Source: Camelus ferus | Lineage: Eukaryota | Reading direction: 5' to 3' | Assembly: GCF_009834535.1 (NCBI RefSeq) | Contig: NC_045696.1 | Coordinates: forward strand, 60,452,001-60,516,000 | Length of the DNA: 64,000 nt | Part shown: one piece after another, positions 29,485 through 42,429 of the stretch | Position numbering within the stretch: position 1 is the first letter of the stretch | Layout of the letters: each line of letters begins with the position of its first letter | The notes under the pieces: generated by a model | Told to the model about the DNA's origin: nothing | The model's input: only the letters and a program-made list of their open reading frames with translations | The model's database searches: none | Translations under genes and position numbers: made by a program

Positions 29485-30500
29485 ATCTCAGTGGTAGAGT
29501 GCATGCCCAGCATGCATGAGGTCCTGGGTTCAATCCCCAGTATCTCCATTTAAATAAATAAGCAAATAAACATACAAACAAACCTAATCACCACTCTCTC
29601 AAAAAAATTAGAGCAGAAATCAACAAAATTCAAAACCGGAAAGCAAAAGAAAAAATCAAAAGCCAGTTCTCTATAAAAATGGTAAGCCTCTACTGGTGGG
29701 AGGTGAAAATTGGGTATTGTTGTTCAGTGGATATAGAGAGTCAAGTTTTGCAAGATGAAACAGTTCTAGAGATCTACTGTACAACAATGTGAATACAGTT
29801 AACTGTATGCATATACTGCATGTAATACTGTATGCTTAAAAACTGTTAAGATATTAAGGGGGGGGCACAGCAAGCCTCTAGCCATACTAAGAAGAAAAAG
29901 AAGACATAAATTACTCATATCAGAAATAAAATTGGGGACATCACTACAGAACCCATGGACATTAAAAGGATAATAAAGGAATACTACGAACAACTAACTC
30001 TATGCCCACAAATCTGATAACCTAGATGAACTGAACCAACTCCTTGGAAGACACAATCTGCCAAAACTCATACAAGAAGAAACAATCTGAATAGGTCTAT
30101 AGCTATTAAAGAAATTGAATTAGTAATTAATAACGTTCCAAAAAAGAAAGTACCAGGTATGGATTCACTGAATTCTACCAAACATTTAACGCAGAAATTA
30201 TATCAATTCTCTACAGTCTCTTCCAGAAGACTGAAGCAGAGGGAGTACCTCTAACTCATCCTATGAGGCTAGGATAACTCTAACATCAAAACCAGATAAA
30301 GGTATAGCAAGAAAAGAAAATTCAACCAACATATCACATGAACATAGATGCAAAAATCCTCAACGGAAAATAGCAAACTGAATCAAACAATGTATAAAAA
30401 GAATTATACACCACAACCAAGTGGGATTTATTCCAGATATGCAAGACAAGACTGATCCAACACTTAAAAATTAATTAATGTAATCCATTACATTAATAGG
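28870..30500 (+). mobile_element. Degraded L1 ORF2 fragment
   Basis: ORF 28848 contains SDHNEIKLEI (end of the L1 endonuclease domain); later gatgcaaaaatcctcaac and caagtgggatttattcca (RT-proximal). Confidence 0.85.
29388..29607 (+). mobile_element. tRNA-derived SINE (Vic-1-like) with triplicated 5' head and internal (TA)20
   Basis: Three consecutive gggta...tcagtgg heads, body gcatgcatgaggtcctgggttcaatccccag, A-rich tail; imperfect TSD aaatta(a)gagYag. Confidence 0.88.
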
Positions 30501-30945
30501 CTGAATAAAGGGTATTGGAATAAAAGTTGGTGAGCACACGTATAAGAACACAACTGTAAGTAGCTATCTATTTATTCACACCGTGTGCCAACACCTGGCA
30601 CATAATGACAAATAAGACAAAATTCATGCACTCATAGAGCCAACAATCTATCAGAGACAGACAGTGAACAAGTCTCTATTGCAGGAATTCAATCTGGACT
30701 GGACAGAAGTGGAAGGCTGATGATGATGAAGCAGTAACTAGGTTAAAAAACAGGGAGGGGTTATGACTGAGGGGAATATTGTAAGTAGGATATATGAAGG
30801 TCCTAAAGCAAAAGAAAAAGCACAGTACATTAGAAGTACTAAAAGGACCCTGCTTTAATATCACATAAAGAATAGAAGAGAATTACATTATAGTTGTAGT
30901 TCTGCTGGTCATCAGGTAAAACAAAAATTCAAGAAGGCAAAAAAA

Positions 30946-31652
30946 CACTCAGCCTCCTTACCTTCTTGAGCATTTCATGTTCCCCGCCTATATCAACACC
31001 ATGCTCAGGAAGGCCCTGCTCCACTCTGCCTGGTTTGTCCTGGCTATGACTTACCCCACACTACTCCTAGAATTCATCACTGACCAAAAATCATCACTGA
31101 CCTACTAGACTTGACCAGTGACCAAGACATCACTGAAGATGCAGAAACAGCCACTGACTTGTGTTTGGAGAATAGACTTTCACCATTTCCTACCAATGTG
31201 GAATTAAACACATTTAGCTCTGAGGAACAAGTCACTGAGGCCACAGTTGATTATGATTTGCTTCACATAGAAAACTTTTGGAGTGAAGATTATGAAGATG
31301 TCACTGATGATTATTCCAAAGAGTCTGTGACTGAAGCACCAGATTAAGCCCAGCATTTTCATGGGAAGCCACAAGTCCAGCTCAGTGGTTGGCTGGTTTG
31401 TTATTGAAAATGAAGTTCTCCATTAGCTGTGACCATCATTCTGCTAACCATGACTTACTAAGATTCTGAGTCTCTGAAAAAGACTACCATTCCATCATAG
31501 GAGCTTGAGTAACTGCAAAAGACTAGTGAGGCATAGGATGTACCCACTTGAAGACAGTGGCAAAAACTGTACACAGACAGAAGAGAGACATCTCTTAACT
31601 GTGTCCCATTTAATATGGGCTCAATAAATGTTCATCTGAATTGAAAAAAAAA
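30946..31652 (+). pseudogene. Putative processed pseudogene/retrocopy of an unidentified small acidic secreted protein
   Basis: caccATG at 31001 starting a hydrophobic N-terminus; one frameshift near 31086-31090; acidic ORF to TAA at 31347; AATAAA 31623-31628 then A9 at 31644-31652; imperfect flanking direct repeat; no introns. Confidence 0.6.
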
Positions 31653-32162
31653 GGCACCAAAAAAGTTATGGGTGCCTACAAAAGAATACCTTAGGTGATT
31701 AACTATGACACCTAGGATAAACAGGAAAGATTAACAGGCTGATATATTTTTAAAAGATAATGGAAAAAATAAAGAAGGCAGGAGCTGCCCAAGTTACAGA
31801 ACTTGAAGGAAAAATTCTTGAGTGTACATCTTTTTCTAGTTATACTCAAGATTCAATCTTCTTTAAGGAGAAATCCAGAAGGTAAAACAAAGTATCTTTT
31901 AAAATTAAGCACTTTAAAATTTAATACACAGTAATCCTGGTAAATAAATGTTGTCCTGGAAAACATACATTTCTAGAATATATATAATACAAAAAGTTTC
32001 TTTTGCCTTTTCAATTATGATTTTTGTCAATATTTAGTATATCTACATAAGAACATCCATTTGAACTATTTATATTTAGCCTTTAAACATTTTCTGAAAT
32101 TTCTTCAATAACTTGTAGTATTACCTAATATAAAATGAATTACGTTTCTAACTGTAAGTTTA

Positions 32163-32585
<423 letters not shown>

Positions 32586-35500
32586 CTACTTGAATTTTTT
32601 AAATTTCAAATTATGAAAGGTACACACTAACAGAAAAGTTTTAATTCATATAATTCAGTATTGCCTCCAATTTAAAAATTACCAAGATAAGTTTCCAAAG
32701 TCTGGTATAGTAAAACACTAATTTTCATTTTTGGCATTAAGGCACAAAATTCTAATCTGTTTCATTATGAAAAATGAGCCTGATATAAAGCAAGTTGGGA
32801 GAAAGTATTCGTAACACCAGAAGGATCTATATCTCTTACTATATTAAAATGTCTTAAAAATAAAAAATAAAAAGATACATTAAGAGAAAAACTGATAGAA
32901 CACTACCAGGCAAATCATAAAGAAAAATTACAAATAGTCACTAAATATATAAAATAACAACTACTTGCAGTAGTAATTAAAGAAATGAACATTAAAATCA
33001 AGATACCATATTTTATCCACCAAACTGATAATAACGCTTTAAAAATACATCCAAGGTTGAAGTGGCAGGGGGGAAAAAAGACACTCTTCTACTCACAATG
33101 GGAGTATAAAGCAGTTCAACTATTTTCAAAGGCAATTTAGTACTATGTATCAAAATGCACATATTCTTTGAACTGGTGATTATAATTTTGGGGACCAATC
33201 CTGATGAAATCAGAAACGCATATAAAGATGCACATGGAAAATCACAATAATAGTGTTTCAATGGTGAAAAACTAGAATTAACACTATGTATTCAACAAAA
33301 GGAAACTGGTTAAAATATATTGACACATATATTTTAAAACTACAGTGATGGCTGCACCACTCAGTAAATTTACTAAAAATCACTAAATTGTACACTTAGA
33401 ATGGGTGAATTTTATTGTATATAAATTATATCTCAATAAAGTGTTTCTTAAAAATAAAATCAGAATAATGGCTACCCTTGGGTGACAGGGCTGCTGACCG
33501 GTGGCAGGAAAGTGGGGGTATCTGGGAGCTGACAATGTGTTTTCTTCAGCTGAATGCTGACTGCACAAATGTACTCACTTTGTAAAGTTGAAGATGTGTA
33601 TCTATGATATGCACACATTTCTGTCAGTTATTATACTTTAACAAAAAGCTAAAGTCTGCTGGAATTCCAAAAAAATCCACATGGTCAAAAAATATTCTTA
33701 AAAAAAATTTGAAAATTTGGGGAAATATCTAAAATGCTAACAATATAATATTATCACTGGGTGGTGAAATTACCAGTTTTTTTTTCACTTTACATTTATC
33801 TCTAATCTGAAAACTTTGTATAATAAAATTTTATTTTTTTACAAATGCTTTTAAATTTGCTAAAATAATATACCCTTAAAGAGTTGCACATGATAAATAA
33901 ATTTAGAGGTCATGATAAGAACAAGAGACTATTGAATAATTATCTTATTTTTCCCATTATTATAGAAAAAACAGGCAATATTAAATCTGCCCTTCTAACT
34001 TGGTTGCTGTAAATTTATACTCCACTGTATTACTTGAGGAACTAGCATAACAATAATCATGAAATACAAAGAAACTTCATCTCAAAGAATGTCAAAGCAC
34101 TGGTATGGTTTGTTAAAACCAACTTTTATTATCAGGTAGTGTAAAATAAACACACATACCCACCCAACATAAAGGGCCCACAATATTAGCAAGTGCATTA
34201 ACTATGTTTCAGTTTAGTCACCTCTTTCCCAAATCAATCAGGTAGGTAATAGGCACTACTTTGATAATAGCTTTCAGAGAGTAAATAAACGAAATATAAA
34301 TACTCTTATTTACTAAGATTATCATCTAGGGAGAAAACTTCACCTAAATGTACAGCCCAAACACAGCTCATATAAACAGCAAAGTAAATAAAATAAAAAT
34401 ATAATTCATACTTGCTAACCCTGTCTTCCCTGGTACCAGGTAGTATCGTAAGTCTAGAATAAATACTGGACAAAGGAACAAGAATCTGATTTCTCAAAAT
34501 CTTTAAGTAGTCTAAAGGACAAATATTTAAAATATATCACCAAATAACTGTTCTCTTCAAATATTCTGTTAATCATATTTCTCAGAGAATAAACTATTCT
34601 ACAACTAAGTGAAACTTTCTAAGATTCTTAAAATTTTCTTATTCTGACCATTTCTTTGGAAATCCTTACTGAATCAATTATTTTCTTCTAATCTATTTAC
34701 TGTTTTCCTAAAAAACTTGGAAAGTCCTTAACTTAAAACGGACTTACATATACAGACAAAGCTACACTTCATTGCAATTCTTTGTTGCTATAACATCTGC
34801 TATTGCCACATACATCATTATTTAAAAAGAAAAAAAAAACTTAAGGAGCTTTTAAAGAATATGGGAGAAGTAGGCATAGACATTATTTTAAAAAGATGCT
34901 AATAAAAGATATTAAGAGAAACTGACCTGGGACAGAACTTAGTTTTTTTTTTAAAAAAATTAGTGAAAAGTTGCAGCTGACTTGTTAACCCAATGCAAGA
35001 TCTAGATTTCCCTAAAGCAATGGTTCCCATCTCTATTGTTTTTGTTCATGCACCTCATCAATTTTTTTAAATTTAGCACATCCTAATATATGTATACTAT
35101 TTAAAACTACACTCCTATAATACAGTGTTAATATATGATGTGCCTATTAAAACAAATATAAAATTATATATTTTTAAGTAAACTTATCCCTAACAACAGG
35201 CTGAAATGGTAGGTACTGAGAAGTCAAAGTACTCTGGAGGAAGAGAATACAAGGGGTAGGGGGAGGTTTGCAAACAAGTATCAGAGTAAGGGATTTAGAA
35301 AAGGAAGATATCATACCTCAATACAGAGGCATAGTATAGGGAAATGGAAGTGGAAATACTGTAAATGGAAGACAAACCTGGCCTCTCAGAAAATTTTCTT
35401 GGAAACAGGTCATATATACTGAAAAAAGAATCCCTCTTCCTTTCTCACATATAGTTTCTTATTCCTATGACCTCAAATTAAGCCATACATTCCAAATTAT

Positions 35501-37589
35501 TAGCTAGCCTAAAAATGTTTTTGAGACAACTTCCCTGAAATACCAGAAAAATACTAAGATATCAACACAGATTTCAATATAAATGAACAGTGCTCTGACA
35601 AGGTTTTAAAGTGAGCTTTGGAAATATCTACCAAAATGAAAACTATGTACCCTTGACCTAGCAACGTCACTGCTAGGAATAAGCCCGTAATCCTACGTAT
35701 GGGCTTATTCATAAAAAATAACCAAAGATGTATGTACAAGGATGTTTGGTACAACCCTTTAAGGGGAAAAGATTTGCAACAACCTAAGCATCCACTAATG
35801 TAAGACCTGTTAAATTAATTATGATTCAACCATACAACAGAATACACACAATCATTAAAAGGAAATGAGGTAGCTATATGCGCTGGGCAAAAAGTTCTCC
35901 AAGATATATTAAGTGAAAAATATCAAGAAGAAAATACATAGACAAATAAGTGAGTCATACTTTTATCACATTCTTCAACCAATGTCTGAGCAGAGTAAAC
36001 TGGACAGGAAATGAAACAAGGCTCTCAAACAAAAATTTCACGAAGCCTATGGTAAAAGAGAAAAGGAAAAAGCTACCCTAAAAAAATCATAAAAGGAAGT
36101 GCATTTTCAAGGAGTTTCCTTGACGCTCTCTTTAATGCGCTTATCATCTTTAATATTACCTCTTCTAACTCCTACATGGTCTCAATCAAAGCTCTCATGT
36201 ACTTCACTGCACATTCAAAAACCCAAATACAACCAAAGGGCTCATGTTCAAAAGTTAACATAGGTTACTTCCCCTCTCTAATTTCAGTATTTTCAGGGAG
36301 GATCAGCCGAGTATAAAGAAAGGAAAGTGATGTCTACGCTAAGATGTGAATATTTAAATGTCTCTTCCTGCTAAACTTTCACTTTTTGATCCAAATGTCT
36401 ACACAATTAATGGAAATTTAGGAGTTAGGAATATCACACAGGAGAGAGGAAGAAAGAAACAATGCTTCTGTTTAAGTCTTGTCACTTACATGAGAGGCTG
36501 TTCTGGAAGAAATAATGAAATGAACAGTTACTTTGCATTCCCAGGAGCCTCTGTCAAACTGGGGATAAAGGAGGACTAGGTTGAGTAATAAGAAATAAGC
36601 CACCCTGAGCTCATTGTAATGACCCATTATTTTGCAAGTGAAGGAAGCCTGGGCAGCTGACAAAGGATATAAAATGGCAGAGCTGTTAAAAGCCAAGACA
36701 AGATGGACAATGATGGTGTCCCAGAACTAATTCAGTTAAAGGTGGGATGGCACTCCTGGAGTTTCAAGTTACCCAGAACAGAGACTGCTAAAAAACTAGA
36801 ACTTAAGAGGAAGGAAGAAAGAAATGGGCCTACCTCGGGCCAATTTCTCCTAAATGTCCGTTTAGCAGATTACTTCAAACTCTGCATTCTTTTTCCCTTC
36901 CTTTTCTCTCATCTCCATCCCTCTGCCAGAGAAGCTGGAAGGTACAGTAACAAGGACACTGAGGGGACCACAATTCAGCTCCCCACTCCATTCAGTTCCC
37001 GCCCCCCACCATCATTTTGTACTGAAAAATGTTTGGTTCAGCTGTGTAAAAGTAATCCAAATTGCAGCCGATTAAGTAATCCCTAGTCATTTAAGCCTAA
37101 CGGCAATGCTGTACTTAAAGAGAACATAAATTATCAGCCATCACTTTCTCCTGTCTTTCAGAAGAGACAGCTGACTCTTCTTATTGTCACCTTCTAATTT
37201 AATGCTTCTTACCAAATATCTAAGCAATTAGGAACTAAGCTTTATAGATCTGTATAAGTTGAAATATAGAGTAAATAAGCTTTTAGTCAGGGCTTTTAAT
37301 AAGGAGTAAAAACATGGGCTTTTAATACAAGCATTTGAGACAATTATATTCTAAGTGAGGGGACTGTTTGGGCTTGTTTTCAGAGGACAAAGTTAACAGA
37401 GTGTAATATACGAACAAGTTGGGCATTACTACTCATTTTTAATCAACTATACAAGGCACTTAAAATGCTTATAGGTATTTTTTATGGGCATTCTATGTAA
37501 TTAATGAGTAAAATGTCTTCCCAAATTTATTAATAGGTTTGAGTCCATATTACAAAATTCAGAGATTATCATAACCTGGAGAAAAAAGA

Positions 37590-37815
37590 CAACTAATGTG
37601 TTGAGGATCTACTAGACAGAAGACACTGTGCTGGGCACAGTGGTATGTTACTTCACTTAATATTTACTGTAACACTCAAGACAGTAGTAGTAATATATAT
37701 TCATATTTAACAGATGAAGAAACTGAAGTTTAGCCAAAGTCACACAGCTAAGAGGTAAACAGGGATTTGAAAACAGACTTACCTGATTTAATGCTCTTTT
37801 TTACCACACCATACT
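37590..37815. mobile_element. MIR
   Basis: Core acagatgaagaaactgaagt...aaagtcacacagcta...gggatttgaa. Confidence 0.75.
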
Positions 37816-39754
37816 ACCTCTAGTCTTGAAAAGACCCTGGACACAAAGAACCCATCGAACACATTCCGTTCTCACCCAATACTCTGAGGCTACCCTGTCA
37901 CCACTGCTTGGCTCTATTAGGCAATCCAACCTTCTTAACTGGCTACTCCCATCCCACAGCTACCATGGGAGAACTGTATGTGAGACAATTCCTATTTGCC
38001 ACTTCCACCTATTACTTACACCTCAGTGAATTTCTCCTCATTCCTTTTTCATGGGTTTATACATACCATCTTAATCCTTCCATTTTTTATTCAAACTTTA
38101 CCAACTTACTGTAGGAAAATCTCTCTTCCTCTCTTTATTTTCCCATTTTCACTTGGAAATAAAAAAAATAATCCTAAACATGGCTAATAAATGTAGGAGC
38201 TATGCTAAAGATACACCTGTATCAAAGAAAAGAGGGCTATAAGTTTTAAAGTGATGATTTTTAAACTGATACTATTTCAAAACATCCTAATAGGAGCATT
38301 ATTTTAATAATGGCAACTAGACAAAATGGCCTTTCTTCTTGTGCCAGCCACAAAAAAGATGTTTAATAAGAGAATTTATAGACTAAGGTAAACTACTTTA
38401 TATAACAACTAAATAAAAACCTGTGATTATTTTTTTAACCTCAGAAAGATAATTTATAAATATTTAAGCCAAAGTTAACAGCCATCTCTATATGCCTGAC
38501 ACCTCCCTCAAATAAAGCAGAATCTAAGCATATTCCCCACTCCAAATACTTATCACCAGTTCTCTAAAACAATGTAACAACAATAAATCAGTGGTATTGA
38601 GAAATAGTAAAACATCAAATTTATGGCAAAGTTTGTTGAGAAACAGCTATAATTTATCTTAAAAAGGAGATGGAGAAGGAAAAGGTAAAAAAAGATCCAA
38701 GCAAAACAGAATCCTACATTCTGCTAGATCTAGTTGTTATGCCAATACCAACAATTCAAACATTAATATTAAAAATACTTATTCTATTAGGAAACTATGA
38801 ATTTTCTCATCTTGTATAATAAAAGGAACACTAAAAATACTTCTTAAAATAAACTTCCCTGTACACTATGAACATTAAGTTATTTTTAGTATGTACTATA
38901 TAATAACCAAGATTCATTCCAGAACAGAAAAGTGTTAACTATTTAAATCAATTTTTTAAACACTGGATAAATGCTCTCACCTAACAGTATGCGCTCATCA
39001 CCTTCAATGCCAAAAACACATACAATGTCTTACAACCATTTAATAATAAAGTTAAATCAAGAGGCCTAATACAAATAGTGTATACAAATTTATCAAAACT
39101 GTTATCTCAAGTCTCAGAAAAAAAAAGGTGCCAAGGTTAATATATGTTGATGTTGACATAAAATATGATGAAAAACTGACAATTAGTTTCTAACTTTTTA
39201 ATAAATTCTCTAATAGAAACACAAAATATCTGATACTTGTTTCAGTTACAGTATTTAGAACAAGAACCATAAAATGCAATTACAATGAAACAGTTTTCAT
39301 CTAAAAAAACTATAAAGTATATAATGTCTTTGGGAATAAGTTGTTCTTATGAGATCTAAACATTTACAATAACAGACTTCAGAGTTAGAAGGAACCAGTT
39401 ACACATCATTTAGCCTTATGTGTAGCTAAAAAGATCCACCCAACACCCTTACCCTGGCCTTATGAGTCTTAAAATGTTGAACAAATCATTTCAACCTAAT
39501 GGTAGTGAAACAAAATGAAGAATTATCTCAAGTTGATTTTAACTTTTAAGACCTTATTCCAACTTAGGATATCAAAGAACCATGATGACTAGTCACAAAA
39601 CTAAAACTGTCTCAGAACTCAAATGGGAACAATTTCCAAAGTATTGTCACAGGCCAAGAGTTAACATGTCTTAGACAATAGAAATTACATTTTAATGTTA
39701 ATCCAAACTAGATAAACAGAAAATAAATCTGACACATAACCTAATATGACAAAC

Positions 39755-40170
39755 AACTAGCTGCCCCCCAGATTCTGTTCTCTCCTTCTTGCCCAATAAT
39801 AAAATATTAAATGAGACACACAATGACCTAGGTAAGACTCATTTTCCAGGCTCCTGTGCAACTGGTTGTGGCCATGTAACAGTTATAGCCACTGGGATAT
39901 GAGTAGAAATGATACATACAACTCTCCTTAAAGGAAAAGATAATGTTCTCCTTTTTCCTTCTTTCTACTGGCAGACAGAATGGTAAAAACATCTTGACCA
40001 CAAGACGGAAGCCGCATATTAAGAATAGCAAAGCAAGACAAAGAAGCCTAGGTCATGATGATTCTGGTGCTTCCAAACAATCTTGAGATTGTTTACATGG
40101 ACTTTTCAAATAAATATATATTTCTACCTTTTTCAGCACCTATCACAGTAGACAAGTCTAAATTTTAACT
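39755..40170. mobile_element. Old MaLR LTR (MLT1I/J-like)
   Basis: ttccaggctcctgtgcaactggttgtggccatgtaacag...gggatatgagtagaaatga resembles old MLT1 LTRs. Confidence 0.6.
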
Positions 40171-40729
40171 AATGTACTTAATATAAATGACTATTGAATT
40201 ATCTACATGATTGCTTCCTTATATTAGCACAGGCAAACATATTATGTGCAAATGTACAGTAACTGGTATGTTTTTTCACACTTAAAAAAATTACATGCCA
40301 AACACCATTAAATTCGAGTAATAGGTCAAATTTTCCTACATATGAAAATAGTTTCCCTGGAAATTCTGGAAAATTTAACGTGGGTTATGTATGTATTGAT
40401 AAGGCAGGTGAAAAATGCACTACTCTGCTGAGAAAAAGGGTTAAAGAAGAAAATACTCTCCCACTTAAATTTCACTTAAGATTATATAATAAGCTATACA
40501 TATTTTTATGTGCTAAACTTAAAACCCAAAATGGTATCATTACTCACCAATTTTCTCTTCACATTATTTTCTCAAGAAAAATATTAAATCCCAAGTTTCT
40601 TCCAGATATAAAGACTAAAACACAGAGAAACTACTATACAAACTTAACAAGAAATTCTACCAACCAAAAAAGTTTCACATTTGAAAAATTTACTTATTCA
40701 TGACTATTAAAAATAAGTATTGAAGTTAC

Positions 40730-40865
40730 CTGAGACTAAGATAAAAATGAAGACTTCAAGGAAGGGAATGCTGTAGAGTTGAAAAAGAAATCATGGTTGA
40801 GTTTCTACCTTTCACAGGCTTCAGAGACCCTCAATATCACCTTAATCACTTATTCCATCCAATTC
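40730..40865 (-). other. ZNF148: ZNF148 non-coding 5'UTR exon (136 nt)
   Basis: Non-repetitive segment bounded by ttttttgtag|GAATTGG and CTCAG|gtaact. Its end joined to the coding exon gives ...TTAGTCTCAG|GCAGTTATACTTAAGCATG, resembling the human ZNF148 5'UTR as I recall it. Confidence 0.85.
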
Positions 40866-42069
40866 CTACAAAAAAACAATAATAACAAACACAACAAACA
40901 AAACACATTATTTATGGAGAGAAAAAATACAGTACAAATACAATATGGACAAATTGGTATGTATAGTGAAGTGATCACTTTTTGTAAATAGTAAGCTATG
41001 CCTGAATAATCAGTGCAATGACTTGTTTTTGAATCTGAAACTGGGAAAATGTAATACTGATAAGCAGTAACTGTGGGACAATCCTGGCCATATAAAAGAA
41101 TAATTTGCCTAGCCTGGAGTCTACAGCTTCAGAGATATGGAATGGTGAAGGAAATTCAGAAGGTTACAGCCCTAAATGTGTATAAAAGAGAAAACGATGC
41201 TTAAAAAAAAAAAAAAACCCACTTAATAACATTATGTCTGCTTTGTAAAAGCTGTAAAGTGAAGAGAGGAGCAAACACAATTCCAGGCTTACAAATCACA
41301 AATAGAACTAGTAACATACAGAATGCATGTGTACTCACAACAGGAAGGATTATAGCATAAAATCACACTAAATACCTACAGAAACATGTTTGGCAAAGTC
41401 ATCTTTGACTGTAAAAGCTGACAAAAAGACAGGAATAATCATAAGGAGACTGTGTACCATATCCAAAAAAATTTTAAATGAAGAACATAAGCCATGCACA
41501 AGAAGAAAACTTCCGGACAGTAAGTATTTCTAGCCATAGTAACAGACTAATGAAGAGTTTATGGAGTTTCCTACCATAGGTCTTTAAAAATATTACATTC
41601 CTACCTATCAAAATTAATTTGTACATACTCCTCCATAGGAAACTTGGAGACCAAATAATATATAACACATTCTGTGATTTTATATCAGCGTGTATAATGG
41701 TGCAAAAGAAAAATAGTCTTTCTCACCTAAAACATACCAGTAATATTTCCATTTTTGTACTTCAGAAAGCATAACACTAATTCACTTTCTAAAACATTTC
41801 AACACTATATCCATATTTTAAAAAGTTTGAATTCTGATGGAAATATTCACCCCTCAGTACCCTTTCATTTCAAAATTTTCCTGGATATGCACATGTTGTC
41901 TATTTTTGCAGATAAACTTCTGTTCAAAATTAAAAAATTTTTTTCAGTAAGATTGTGTTATACATAAATAATAGTGAAATGACAACAATAACCAACCTGG
42001 GCAGGCAGGGGAGAGGGGAGTAACAACCATAAGCTGCTCAAATATGTTATCTAGGATGCCCAGGTTTTT

Positions 42070-42185
42070 GGGGGGGAGGAGCGGTGGATATAGCTTAGTG
42101 ATAGAGTGCGTGCTTTGCATGTATGAGGTCCTGGGTTTAATCCCTAGTATCTCCATTTTAAATAAATAAATAAATAATTTAAAAG
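42070..42185 (+). mobile_element. tRNA-derived SINE (Vic-1-like), diverged
   Basis: ggatatagcttagtgatagag...gaggtcctgggtttaatccctag followed by (taaa)n tail. Confidence 0.85.
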
Positions 42186-42375
42186 CCCATTTTAAATATT
42201 ATAAAATGTACAAAAAAAAAGAAAAATGTGACCCATATTAACAAAAAACAGCAATCACTACGAACGGTTTCTGATTATCCCCAGATGTTGGTTTAAGTAA
42301 ACAAAGATTTCAAAATATCTATTACAGATATGTTAAAAGAAGTAAAAGAACCCATTTTTAGCCTTTTTTTAATCA

Positions 42376-42429
42376 TGAAAACAATCAACAAATAACTGAT
42401 TCTGAAAACAATGAACAAATAACTGATTC
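42376..42429 (+). repeat. 27-bp tandem duplication
   Basis: tgaaaacaat(c/g)aacaaataactgattc twice, one mismatch. Confidence 0.9.

Noticed and set aside
31220..31270. Resemblance of QVTEATVDYDLL to the sulfotyrosine region of PSGL-1 (SELPLG)
   Set aside because: Only a short compositional similarity; no matching N-terminus, mucin repeats or transmembrane segment, so no gene name assigned.
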